A stretch of 64,000 nt of DNA, taken from positions 14,517 to 78,516 of the forward strand of contig CAWAQU010000006.1 in assembly GCA_963784355.1 (NCBI GenBank). Direction: 5' to 3'. This document shows positions 52,001 to 59,934 of this stretch, piece by piece. This DNA is from an uncultured bacterium (GTDB lineage: Bacteria; Patescibacteriota; JACMRA01). Below the pieces are notes generated by a model that ran no database searches, was not told the DNA's origin, and worked only from the letters and a program-made list of their open reading frames with translations. Made by a program: the position numbers and the translations under genes. Numbering within the stretch: the first letter of the stretch is position 1; the number at the start of each line of letters is the position of its first letter.

Positions 52001-52073
52001 TGTTATTCGCTGCATGCTGATTTTTCAATAGGTCTTTATTAGAGCTTTTAGATTTTGATTCAAGTGTAAACAT
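43038..52073 (-). CDS. Giant 3011-aa hypothetical protein with internal repeats and Pro/Thr/Val-rich C-terminus
   Basis: Uninterrupted 9-kb ORF; no signal peptide seen. Confidence 0.88.
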   Translation of the reverse strand: MFTLESKSKSSNKDLLKNQHAANNIVPFNRGKQDNLASKNNIVPFFRKSDPMTNSIVEGLSKEEGSKNSKLKSFEEFISKTLTPEEKSNGSLEINDELIVKLLASSKYSDFKRFLRRNLDLTSYFELIPADINNEKKYPQSALAANLSKSAFKLEYIRRYRVEEYTRELEVDNNIQKDRKETITALSNEDSISALANVLTGTFGINLTKDTTDYTEKGKSVLSRGLGWGQRFIADRFKLKLPGMLSGTDITETWKAIISPDSKFVELDVDGKKMTGLEAVVNSSVLEDKNELAKNALVNLCKQLSGQKNKENTALFRGLTQLASVTRMGFEKDLNSFAQGGFKDIEKYKSLAELIGIFNKAFDFIRGQYKITSFAKKAGKLDQHIETLQNTQVEGYEGIGITNTAGDARGVYNFVGKDKNGKWKFYPRALLKGMSRVVSRAMFNPYTSWIPASTGILAGTFLTQDQEMGLPNLINAAIAQGKSEAYVSQLLAAGLKEAVDAQNNKYKNYWKGITSELLGYTTMNSKVGVDAQQLYQATAIASSHFGKDFMERFNAEAQVNQPTSRTDAIRMAARLEALLEGNEEVASDAELQESINAHEKNRRFISPAGIKRLLTDGDYAKDIAAKALLNSGSIYAQGRLMNGVIGAVKFGGEFAMKTEAGKAVHEGMYSVATVAEKNLQKIEFNGKSVGADMAASLRGVFGLSSRTYNVDFTSTSGKKIEAISFAGHDVKEYGKLNTNNDVYTIGGELLVAVPKGTNLGVGDFNIIKSNLESKAIKTNLSPAKSLGQGLYVFNTSDGIKSLSGVEIHNILGKNGDLSTGRGNSGTVFTDKSGSVYSLTATGDNKIIGTKLDIASARKINGESDYRSSLNKVLNTVQGSQTTTVSTNDIVKPINPWAGQTTKIAHAEHSEAPTSVNNAQGSRNLPDTSKLTPNASFNDSNATEEKIAAISQNQSIPDIKGASDLNFLPLNNILAPTDLTKVPNINIARDTKTFSYRGIEGIKLAGNLEFTFRVSKDGNRLYLVNKNNEAFVVSDRVSKDQRFQTLPAEIRSKLVSSASALKEAQTRAAAPTPIESKPKQPTRTEVVQNAPLRPVLELESAKISRSNLISANTKITYGGEPFSIYKSKSGEAWYLIRKDGKVVVPSEESLKYFINSQGNPISEGARQKLLVAIERNNSQAVAQNVGKPKPIVTPNVEPTKPVTKPTARPVESKTQAINQNDAKPVQVPNQVQIANLNISDLAAQETRFNKSMDRWVDKSNLTPSQITYGTKIQSVTVNEESFKVGYVKGTNEKVLVRTFVVRGDSGDSKSVIYEPTKDTRVSLGWDKPTIVNQQAQANKNSKIYPNVAVNAYPDIAVDAKPEPTNQNVNNGNNPVAENNNLQIQEARFSNDLMRGLLTKTTIKASQLITGIKDETVKLNGQEFLVRYVKGNPEKLLVRPFNVGGKAEYVVYRPSESAKQELGWVKSVSVNAEKVEPKPKPQVVAQSNKTPNSPKTVWWNEDSNEQNDELQQQSTTEAKRNNIDINKVTPEFKGTLAEKRRLEAESRRLYLKNEELRKQYRANNKGSVETRRTIARRIESQLVANEKQVQRIADQLTYADTQLRTKVEAYALRTDMPVAEVYKNLGLKIPNPENAVANVTKVNVSNQSVETNENNGAGSSVINAVNGGNEVIVDKAEVISKPSANNKIVLEQNKQSASYNTKIKPLESKISDLQKKLDGTKNPKTRNELQKQLKVARADLNNVKNSASKLENSNKAINVADKENTLNKNVNARISGNNVIELVKVTFTGVDTLTRGPELSLNDVQIVSEADKNNTALGFVADRNQETKKYTFKLVYIDTVTKKAYRIGNTSQIANFYIAGEHINGEHSADIALSRENLSKMINTGLSEDEVRDRIIDVNPNDPRVRSRIEPGVNPNANGLDGLAALENMRITGEDGKEISLSKALDASRFKATVADKELRDRFIKIGVPPTDLVSVTRILAAGAEGKSDMDTRALLNALRSTYADFSNGKISYNQLTPAQSRFVKIAVGLRWLPGGDRILASNGRLNIRDINLAQAALGADGVTAFMDVTLSRMNKIVAGFGEGNFSESRGMPRRLNDLAHMAKYNKLTSEQAKEALDLANQYRYSDLYSRNRGTATDKEFNNNLSELNALLKAEGQETLSKEQFVRKASTSGIIIPTPWGIYERGSTNSEIGFSPNNPQEVARLNKIYNEISNDYKVKYGLPRAAELLHIVVPLLKYGGFVSWSGEDKGGIRVESKDDFLQTIAVYKSAETDPKLAGVIKNETANGASFITAFTKAVSDKSGKINYTINLGNGKSFTINSAEEAAQVAKAIQNTALIISTERNRGVRTGVAGSNPVIVTGASSSLEQMAGHTNDLSDEIRGHLKQAGGIVAEGRLKGLDHDKAQIQSLIKKVGHSPKAVTAAYLKSSGDFNASEIKKFANGGGKITTVSEAGLLNKVITQVVSNNSNTKLDVTATLLKNGNTRIRMFNDHSFEILWCNNLSLVNQPEFKGNISVVATAAECLTVPQYEQKTKSSGAALAVDSIKGNNTVEAGESLGKLHESAKKMFESCFPALKNNVISIYGKDITNLKPLSDAQLKQKLAGIPNRNVAPNVTMHDVIEGLNVLIANGDTKNAKMIIEGFARSDITSFNLKKGSSSSILGLFTGKLFLSIGSSRYMEVTMSTESDLQDVALCQALKAVKEVHLAEIEQRNSRISLVATPSHSQPEVKKEIKREQGNATSETTPTSQPNQGPTPEAPKNVTPNQGGSTSPTQPSSTGNGVEVPTAPAPKPSVNVNEGVSTGTTTPATTGQQGPIPTAPVKPEVNIPTSNVQSPTVPTSTPAEVVVPKPDVVPVIEQPPVTPTQPTVPVQPQVPEVVVPETPVIVKPDVGVGSGIGTPETLPGSLPGQVVTPIAPTTPPPIVQPPVTPTQPTVPVQPQVPEVVVPETPVIVKPDVGVGSGIGTPETLPGSLPGQVVTPIAPTTPPPIVQPVRPSIQFNNGVNTNPWVPQAGGGN
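43113..43515. repeat. Exact 198-bp tandem duplication (66 aa x2)
   Basis: tggttgcact recurs at 43113 and 43311 with identical sequence in between. Confidence 0.92.
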
Positions 52074-52082
52074 AATGTTAAT

Positions 52083-52562
52083 TTAATTCGTTTTAGAGTT
52101 TAGATTTTTAATAAGTTCAAATATTTCTACTACAGACATATATTCTGCTTTTGGTTCCAATTTTAATTTATAGGCTAGTTTAGCATATCCAAACACTATG
52201 CCCGTCATAAAAGCTTCAGTGTATTTATATTCAGACATCAACTTTAAAAGAATTTCCAAATATTCTTCTTCTGATGCAATACTATCCATTCTTTTATCCA
52301 ATTCCTGCTTGTCTTCTTCACTAAGCAGAGCTTCTAAGTTATCAAAACCATATGTAAAAATATAATCTTTAAAAACTTGCTCACTTTCTGTTCTTCCCGC
52401 CCTATGCATCAAGTCTTGGACCATTAATTCATATAATTTATTATAGTCTGAATAGTAATCTACATCTTCCTCTACTTTTGGATGATTTGTTTGTTGTTTC
52501 TGTTTTTGACTCAGATAGTCTAAGAATTTTGCTTTATCTGAATTGCTTATTTGTAATGACAT
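52083..52562 (-). CDS. Small acidic helical protein upstream of the 3011-aa gene
   Basis: 159 aa; stop 9 bp before the giant gene ATG. Confidence 0.78.
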   Translation of the reverse strand: MSLQISNSDKAKFLDYLSQKQKQQTNHPKVEEDVDYYSDYNKLYELMVQDLMHRAGRTESEQVFKDYIFTYGFDNLEALLSEEDKQELDKRMDSIASEEEYLEILLKLMSEYKYTEAFMTGIVFGYAKLAYKLKLEPKAEYMSVVEIFELIKNLNSKTN

Positions 52563-52871
52563 ATTGTTGTAATCTATAAATAGAATTAATTAATTATAGC
52601 ATAGTTTTAATGTATAATCAATAGTTAAACTCACCTATAGCACAAAAAAACACCCTAGTCAAAGGTTTTTAAGTTTTAAATCCAATCTCGCAAGCGCAAT
52701 ATAAAAATTATCAAGAAGTAATTCAAACTAGTAAGCAGCTTTAAAAATGCTTGTTATATGGGTATTTACAAGACACTAAAAGTATGTTATACATAGACAA
52801 ATAAGCCCTTAGTTTGCAAAGAGTTAAAATATGAGATATAATTATACTAATACAAAATAAAAATAACAGAT

Positions 52872-53219
52872 ATGTCAACCTTAGATTTTCAAAAAACCGT
52901 GGATTTAAACTACCATTCCGTCTTGGAACAAATGCCAAATGGTGAGCTAGTTACCTCCTTAAAACTCCAACTCGGAGAGGATAAATTTTTAGAAGTTGCC
53001 AACGATTTGTGGGAAATAAGTCTTAATAGTCTTTATGTGAATTTAAGCGAAGAGGCTCAAACTCAAATCAGTGAACTTATAGATAAAAAAGATTATGAGA
53101 GCGTCAATAATTTATTAACTACAATATTTGCTACAAGCCCTACCAGTTTTGATTTATTTGGAAAAGGATTGAAATTAGCAGTTAAAACCATTGCAAAAGA
53201 AAATAACATCACCCTTTAA
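52872..53219 (+). CDS. Small acidic helical protein upstream of the 2180-aa gene
   Basis: 115 aa; stop 3 bp before the giant gene ATG. Confidence 0.78.
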   Translation: MSTLDFQKTVDLNYHSVLEQMPNGELVTSLKLQLGEDKFLEVANDLWEISLNSLYVNLSEEAQTQISELIDKKDYESVNNLLTTIFATSPTSFDLFGKGLKLAVKTIAKENNITL

Positions 53220-53222
53220 AAT

Positions 53223-56200
53223 ATGCCTATAGAGCAAGCTACAAATAAAAATCTTGGCCAAAATCATCCCAAGCCAATCAAACCTTTTATTAGACCAAAC
53301 CAAAATATGACAGAAAAACATAACCTTAGTAATTCTTCAATTGAGAGATCTTTAAGGAATATTCAAGAGGTTCAAAATCTACCTGAAAAAGAATCACTAG
53401 AAAACCGTCTTAAACGACTGAAGACTAATTGGACTGAGACAGAATTAAACTGGCTTGAAAACAAGGTACCTACAAATTTACAACCTTGGTTAGAACTACA
53501 GATGGACAATTTAAACAATTTTTTGTCAGGTCTGGACCAAATTGATTCAGTAACTTCCAGTATTAAAAATATACAAGAGGATTACGCTAAAAATGGCCTG
53601 GCTGGAATGGGGGCTGGGAAATTATTTGGTAATGCTGGGAAACTAGCACTTAGTGGGGCCCAAATCTTAAAAAACAAGATAACCGGTGGTGGTGGTACTA
53701 AAACCAGTTTTGATAGATACAAACAAATTTTGAGTAAAGTTAGAGATTCTAAAAAGGGAATCAGTTTTAATGAGTTTATAACACTAAGGCAACAATTACT
53801 TAACTCCACTTTAAATGAAATAAAAGATCCTCAAAAAAGAGAAAAATTAGAGAGCTTCATGGTTGAGGATGAAACAAATATTGCCTTGATGGCAAAAAGA
53901 GTTGCTCTGGAAGGTAATTCATCAGATACAAAAATTAGTGCCGGAATCAAAGCTAATATTGCCTCAGCCAATAAAGAAATGCTTCGTACAAATATGGTTT
54001 TGGGTGCTGCAACTGTCGGAGCTACTGCCCTATTTGGACCTGTAGGTTCAGCTTTAGCTATTTCAGTAAGAACCAAGTTTAGATTAGGTCAAAATTTTGA
54101 GAGAGATGTAAATTATAATCTGGCAAAAAACCAAGAAGAGATTCTGAAAAAAGTAAGCCAAGATTTTGTAAATGTACTTTACAGCCCAGACTTCGCTTCA
54201 GTATTTACTGACTTAAATGATGGCCAAGAAATATTACAATCCGATTATGACACACTATACTCTACATTGTTGGAAGCTAATGCAATTGACGGCTTGTCTA
54301 ACGAAATTCAAGAGCAAACTGTAGATTATTTAATAACTCTAAGAAAAGCAAAGAAGGAAGGAAAAATTACTAATAGTCAAAACAATCAGACAAATGCTTT
54401 AAAAGAAAGGGTGACTAAAGTAAGAGGGTTAGTAAACGTAATCAAGGAAAGTGCTAAAGAAGTAAAAATTGCAACTAACAGAAAAGTTGCAGAAGCTCAA
54501 GCTAGAAGTGGAGGAGTTGTAGAAATTAAAGATAGTAATGGTAATATTTTAGAAACTAAAAAAGTTGAAGGAGCTAAAAAAGTTGCTTTCGGAAAAGAAA
54601 TCATGGGTCAAAGAAGTTTTAGATTTTTACAGGCAGCCTTAGCAGCGGCCGGATTGGGATTTGCAGCAAATAAAATCATGCATACTGATGATATTTTACA
54701 AGGACCACTCTTGAAGGCACTTGGAAATACTGTACAAAAAGCGGATTATCAACATTTCAACGGAGCAATGAGAAGCTTTTTAGTAGAACATGACATTGTA
54801 GAATCAGGTAAAGTGAATAAATTTAATATCCGTGGTATCGAAGGAGCGATTGTAAGTCCTCATGATACAGATGGCTTAAACGAAATGGTGCAAAAAGGCT
54901 ATGTTGTGGATGTGGACCATTCAAACGAAGCTAGAACTGTGCTTATCAAAGCTGGACAACGCCTGGAATCACAAATAAACCCTGACCAATTCATTACAAG
55001 TGGTATAAAAGTACAATTTGACCCGGAAAAAATGACAGCTACTCGCGATGGTTTGCTTAAAATGAAAATTCCTCAAGATCAACTAAGTAAAAACTATGTA
55101 GAAATGAATTTAGGTGGTCAAAGTCGTGTATTTGGATCAGGACACTCTAATGAAGTAATTTCAATCAATGGTGAAAAATATTATTTAGTAGGTAAAAATA
55201 ATGGAGAAGTAGTTTTTGCTAAATCCGGAGCTAATGTGCCTGAACAAATGGATGAATTATGGGCTAATACGCCTAAACCTCCTGGGCCTCAAGAACTTGA
55301 GTTGCCTGATTATCTTGAAGGGATAACAAAAAAATATGCTGAAGATGGGCTAATCAAACCTGAAGAAAATAGCAAAATCATTGCTGAGCTGAATAAAAAA
55401 TTAGATGAACTTGTTTCTCAGCAAAAGACTTATAACTCTATAGAACAAAAAAAAGTCACCGGTCTTATAAAAACGCTTCAAAAATTTAAAAATCAGAATT
55501 TACTTATTGAAGATAAAAGACTATACATTTCTACTAACAACAATCCAATTAACTTTAGATTTAGTGCTAAAGCTTATCAAGGATTCAACGGATTAAATAA
55601 CCAGATAAGTGACGGAAAAATCAATAAAGCTGAAGCAATAGAAATATTGAACATACTTAAAGCCGAGCAGAATTCATGGAGATTTGAAAATAAGACCTTC
55701 CCGTTAGAATTACTGAAAAAGCAGTTGCAAGAATTAAAGCCCAACGAATACATATTACTTTCAAATAAACCAGACAGCTTCTCAATAAATGGTTCTGCAA
55801 AATTTGAATTAAATGGTGATATTTATATACAGAAAGTCAAGCAAGTAGATATTAATGGCAATGATATAGGAGTAAATATACCAAGCAAGACTCCTATTGG
55901 TATACAACCAGCACAAGCGGCTACAGCACAAACTCCTCAAGGTACAAACGCAATACAAGCACCAAAACCAGTTGCAGCTAATCCGGCAAACGCAGTGGCT
56001 CAAGTGACAACACCTACAGGGGCTACACCACAAAGCACAGAAGTAGATATGGCTGGAGCTAGTGATAATGGAAGAAATAGTGGTTGGGGCGGCTTTAAAA
56101 GAATTGACGATGCCAGAAAAGAGGTTGGAGCTAATGCACCACAATCAAAAGTAATGAGTAAATTTTTGCAACTACAAATAGAAGCAGGTTCGGGTAATAA

Positions 56201-59200
56201 ACTTAAGCTTAGCGATGAACGAGCAAGCAAGATTCTAGATGTAATGATTGCAGAATATAAAAAAACTGATTCTACAATAACGAAAGAGAAATTTTCCCAG
56301 TTATTTAATCAAGGGCAAATAAAAAGATCTAAGGAGATGGGAGATGCAATCGAAGCTGAATTAAATAAAATTTTTCCAGGAAAAAATGGTAAAGGTCTAG
56401 TATTTAATAGAATGACTGCTGATGCTATTAGACAAGGTGAAAATGATTGGGCTGGTAGAAAGATAACTGAACCACAATATACGACTTACGTTAATGAAAC
56501 TAGAACAAATCTAGGTTATAATACTCCTGAAAATCAAGCAAATGGAGTAATACCATCTACTGAAGAAGATAAGTTTGCCCCTCCTAGCGATCAGAGTATA
56601 CAAAGCCTAGGCAATTTTCCAGGAATGAAAAGTGTTGGTGAGATGGCAGAAGCAATGAAAAAATTTGCAAATGAATACCCTATTGTGGCAATACCTATAG
56701 GTACCGCTGTTTTGATTTATGCACGACAAATACCAGGATTATTTGCTAAAGATTTTAACCAAAGAAAAATGTTTAATCCAGGAGAAGCGAAAATTTCTTA
56801 TGGAATTAGAAGGGCAATAGATGCTGTAGGTGTTGTCGGATTAGCAGTTGCAGCTGGATGGCCAGCAGGCTTTGCTTTTGCTTTTGCTACTGCTTATGAT
56901 GCATGGCTTAAGCAGGGCAACATACAAAATAAATTTCTTGTATTACCAAAGATAGGTGAGCCAAGTAAATACAAAAATGCCAATGACGCCACAAATGAAA
57001 TGATGAAAGCAAGTGAGGACATAAAAAATTTAAGCAAAGATGCTACAATTGAATCCTTTGTAAATAATATAAAAGCTCTACATGGAAAATCCCAGGCTGT
57101 TTTGGGTATAGAGGAAAATAATACAGAAGCAATATTACAAGCTGAAATGGCAGATAAATTGTTTATTGATATAATTACTAACGCTAAAGGTATTCACAAT
57201 GATCCAAAAATTTTAGAGTTAATTGAATACTATAATAACGACCGTATAGGTAAGATTAAAAATAAGAAATTAGAAGAAAAAGTGAAAGAGTCAATTAGCA
57301 AATTTGAAAAGAAAATTGCAGAGGGCATTAGAACAGAGATTTTAAGCCATACAGGTGAGCCGGTATTAAAAGACCTAAGTGATGGCAATCTATTAATTCC
57401 AGATCAAGTTAGGGCAATAAATGATGCGCTTGGTAAAGCAGAAATTAAAAAACCCGAGTATAAAGAATTTGTAAATAAAGTGATAGCCAGGCTTGCAGCT
57501 GAAGAACTTGAAAGTACATTTAAAGCTAGTGGTGAATCATTACCTAACCCAGAAGTTTTGAATGACCCATTAGAAAGGTTAAACAGTGCTCTTAACACAA
57601 TACCTGAGTCAGACGGCAAAAAACTTTATGCAGATTATGTCAAAGACTTTGATGAAAGAATTAAATTAATTTTAGGGGTTAGTGATACTCTAACCGAATG
57701 GGACAATATAGAACACAAGACACCTAGTGCAGCTGCTTTTAGGACAAGTATAATGGCACTTTTAGCAGGAGAAGTACCAATTACAATAAAGGAAACCGGG
57801 CCTATTGAATTCAAAGAAAATCAAATACTTTATAATAAAAAAACTGGTATTGAATATTTTATAGAAAAGATAGAAGGGGACAATATTACACTTAAACAAA
57901 GAGGTACTGAAAATATTTTACAAGGTTCAAAAGCTGATTTACTCGAAACAATAGAAGGGGAGCTTTATCAATTAATAGAAATAGATCCTAAAGAAGGAAA
58001 AGTATATGAGCATATAAATAAAGAAAGTGGTACTATAGAAGGACAACTAAAAATTACTAAAGTAGAGACTATAGATAATAAAACTATGGTAACCTACGAT
58101 TATTACAAAGATGGAATAAATTTAGGACCCACAAATAGATCTATAACTGAACTTGATGCGTGGCTCAAAAATGGCTCAATGCAACTTAAAACTGATCCAG
58201 ATTCTAGCCCAGATGATATTGTTGAGGAAGAAAGCAGCACTGAAACTCTGAAATTGGATATTGGAGATATATATCAAATGAAATTTAATGATACACTAGT
58301 ACCAATGGAAATAGTCAAAATTTATGAAGGTACTGGCTCTGTAGGATACAAAATGTTAACTGACACTGAAGGAAAAACTCACACATTAACAAGGGAGCAG
58401 TTTGAAAATTTAGTGAAGGGTGGTAGTTTTGAATTCGTGAAAAAAGGCGAAGCACCTAAAGCAAAAGAAGAGCCAATTGAAGCTAAATTTGAAATAGATG
58501 CTATATGGACAAGAAAAGGTGACAATGGAAAGATAAAAGTAATTGGTGTAAGAGGAGATGGTATAAGTCAAATTATAGACTATGAAGCAATTGATAATAG
58601 TCATATAAGAGGTAGCTTGCAAAAAGATGACCTTGAGAAAAATTACATTTACGATAACTCAGAAAACAATGTATCAGAAATAGAATATTCTAAATACATA
58701 AAGCTAGATCCTGCTCTTGAAGCCAAACCAGAGGTCATAGCATTAAAAGATCAACTTATAAAAAATCTTGTGAAAGCTGAAACTAAAGTGGGAGGTAAAA
58801 ACTTTGTTCAGTTCCTAACCGAGAGTAAAGATGATTATCTTGTACAAAAATGGCTAAATCCAGCCATACCATATATTTATTTCTTTAGTGCTGCAATCAA
58901 AAACATTATTTCTGGAACAGCAGCTCTAGAATCACTTGTTAGAGCATCAGAAAAATTTGATACATTGCAACCTTTTGATGAATTCAAAAAAGATTTTATA
59001 GAAACTAAAATGGGTGAGATAGAAGCAAATATAAAATCAGATATTAAGAATACTCTTGAAGCTGAAAATTTATTTGATGGTGCGAAATATACTCTAGAAG
59101 GATCTACAGGTATAAATAAAGATATTGCAGAATCTAAATATTATAACTCTATTCCTGAAGCAGAGCGAGAGAGCTTTATTAAAAATATAGGGTTGGCAAA

Positions 59201-59765
59201 ATTTGGTGCTCGTTTAATTGCAAATTTACCGTCATCTGATGATAAAAAACTAGATTACAACTATTATTTCCTACTTGAACAGCTTAAAATGACAAAGCAT
59301 GAAGGTATTATTAAACAAGCTAATGATGAATTACATAAAAAAGGTCTCCAACTTATTAGTGATAAACAAAGTTCTGATATATGTAATTCTGGTAGAATTT
59401 TTTCAGATCCCAATATTCTATCTACTGGAAATTTTACAGATAAGGGTGGTAAATCGCTAGAATTAAATGATGATAAAATTGCAGCGTTATTTGATGTGTT
59501 TGGTAAAATGATAGGTAAAGAAGTATATAAATACACTCGAATTGCTGATTTTCTACCAGAGCCTACTACCAGCAAAAGTGAGGTTAGTGAACCTGAATAT
59601 AAAGTAGGTCAACCTCTAATTCATGCTGATATGGGAGAATACACAATCAAAGAAGTTGGCACTAGCTGGATAACTCTTCAAAAGAGTAACGATGAAGAAA
59701 TAATGTACACCAAGAAAAAGTTTGATGAGGAGATTAAAGATGGAACGCTTAAGTTCAGAACCTAA
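53223..59765 (+). CDS. Giant 2180-aa hypothetical protein with Gly/Ala-rich hydrophobic segments and C-terminal small beta-barrel-like repeats
   Basis: Uninterrupted 6.5-kb ORF; no signal peptide seen. Confidence 0.88.
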   Translation: MPIEQATNKNLGQNHPKPIKPFIRPNQNMTEKHNLSNSSIERSLRNIQEVQNLPEKESLENRLKRLKTNWTETELNWLENKVPTNLQPWLELQMDNLNNFLSGLDQIDSVTSSIKNIQEDYAKNGLAGMGAGKLFGNAGKLALSGAQILKNKITGGGGTKTSFDRYKQILSKVRDSKKGISFNEFITLRQQLLNSTLNEIKDPQKREKLESFMVEDETNIALMAKRVALEGNSSDTKISAGIKANIASANKEMLRTNMVLGAATVGATALFGPVGSALAISVRTKFRLGQNFERDVNYNLAKNQEEILKKVSQDFVNVLYSPDFASVFTDLNDGQEILQSDYDTLYSTLLEANAIDGLSNEIQEQTVDYLITLRKAKKEGKITNSQNNQTNALKERVTKVRGLVNVIKESAKEVKIATNRKVAEAQARSGGVVEIKDSNGNILETKKVEGAKKVAFGKEIMGQRSFRFLQAALAAAGLGFAANKIMHTDDILQGPLLKALGNTVQKADYQHFNGAMRSFLVEHDIVESGKVNKFNIRGIEGAIVSPHDTDGLNEMVQKGYVVDVDHSNEARTVLIKAGQRLESQINPDQFITSGIKVQFDPEKMTATRDGLLKMKIPQDQLSKNYVEMNLGGQSRVFGSGHSNEVISINGEKYYLVGKNNGEVVFAKSGANVPEQMDELWANTPKPPGPQELELPDYLEGITKKYAEDGLIKPEENSKIIAELNKKLDELVSQQKTYNSIEQKKVTGLIKTLQKFKNQNLLIEDKRLYISTNNNPINFRFSAKAYQGFNGLNNQISDGKINKAEAIEILNILKAEQNSWRFENKTFPLELLKKQLQELKPNEYILLSNKPDSFSINGSAKFELNGDIYIQKVKQVDINGNDIGVNIPSKTPIGIQPAQAATAQTPQGTNAIQAPKPVAANPANAVAQVTTPTGATPQSTEVDMAGASDNGRNSGWGGFKRIDDARKEVGANAPQSKVMSKFLQLQIEAGSGNKLKLSDERASKILDVMIAEYKKTDSTITKEKFSQLFNQGQIKRSKEMGDAIEAELNKIFPGKNGKGLVFNRMTADAIRQGENDWAGRKITEPQYTTYVNETRTNLGYNTPENQANGVIPSTEEDKFAPPSDQSIQSLGNFPGMKSVGEMAEAMKKFANEYPIVAIPIGTAVLIYARQIPGLFAKDFNQRKMFNPGEAKISYGIRRAIDAVGVVGLAVAAGWPAGFAFAFATAYDAWLKQGNIQNKFLVLPKIGEPSKYKNANDATNEMMKASEDIKNLSKDATIESFVNNIKALHGKSQAVLGIEENNTEAILQAEMADKLFIDIITNAKGIHNDPKILELIEYYNNDRIGKIKNKKLEEKVKESISKFEKKIAEGIRTEILSHTGEPVLKDLSDGNLLIPDQVRAINDALGKAEIKKPEYKEFVNKVIARLAAEELESTFKASGESLPNPEVLNDPLERLNSALNTIPESDGKKLYADYVKDFDERIKLILGVSDTLTEWDNIEHKTPSAAAFRTSIMALLAGEVPITIKETGPIEFKENQILYNKKTGIEYFIEKIEGDNITLKQRGTENILQGSKADLLETIEGELYQLIEIDPKEGKVYEHINKESGTIEGQLKITKVETIDNKTMVTYDYYKDGINLGPTNRSITELDAWLKNGSMQLKTDPDSSPDDIVEEESSTETLKLDIGDIYQMKFNDTLVPMEIVKIYEGTGSVGYKMLTDTEGKTHTLTREQFENLVKGGSFEFVKKGEAPKAKEEPIEAKFEIDAIWTRKGDNGKIKVIGVRGDGISQIIDYEAIDNSHIRGSLQKDDLEKNYIYDNSENNVSEIEYSKYIKLDPALEAKPEVIALKDQLIKNLVKAETKVGGKNFVQFLTESKDDYLVQKWLNPAIPYIYFFSAAIKNIISGTAALESLVRASEKFDTLQPFDEFKKDFIETKMGEIEANIKSDIKNTLEAENLFDGAKYTLEGSTGINKDIAESKYYNSIPEAERESFIKNIGLAKFGARLIANLPSSDDKKLDYNYYFLLEQLKMTKHEGIIKQANDELHKKGLQLISDKQSSDICNSGRIFSDPNILSTGNFTDKGGKSLELNDDKIAALFDVFGKMIGKEVYKYTRIADFLPEPTTSKSEVSEPEYKVGQPLIHADMGEYTIKEVGTSWITLQKSNDEEIMYTKKKFDEEIKDGTLKFRT

Positions 59766-59934
59766 ACACAGTAGGCCATAATCTTAAGGTTAATTTATTA
59801 AACAAGTAAGCAATAACAAGCATAAAATGGATAAATTAGAGTTGAAGTTATACTCGTATATCAATGTACGCCAAATTTAGTTAATTGCCCAAAACTATCT
59901 TCTGTGCTATAAAATTTGTAGAAGTTTATCTATT

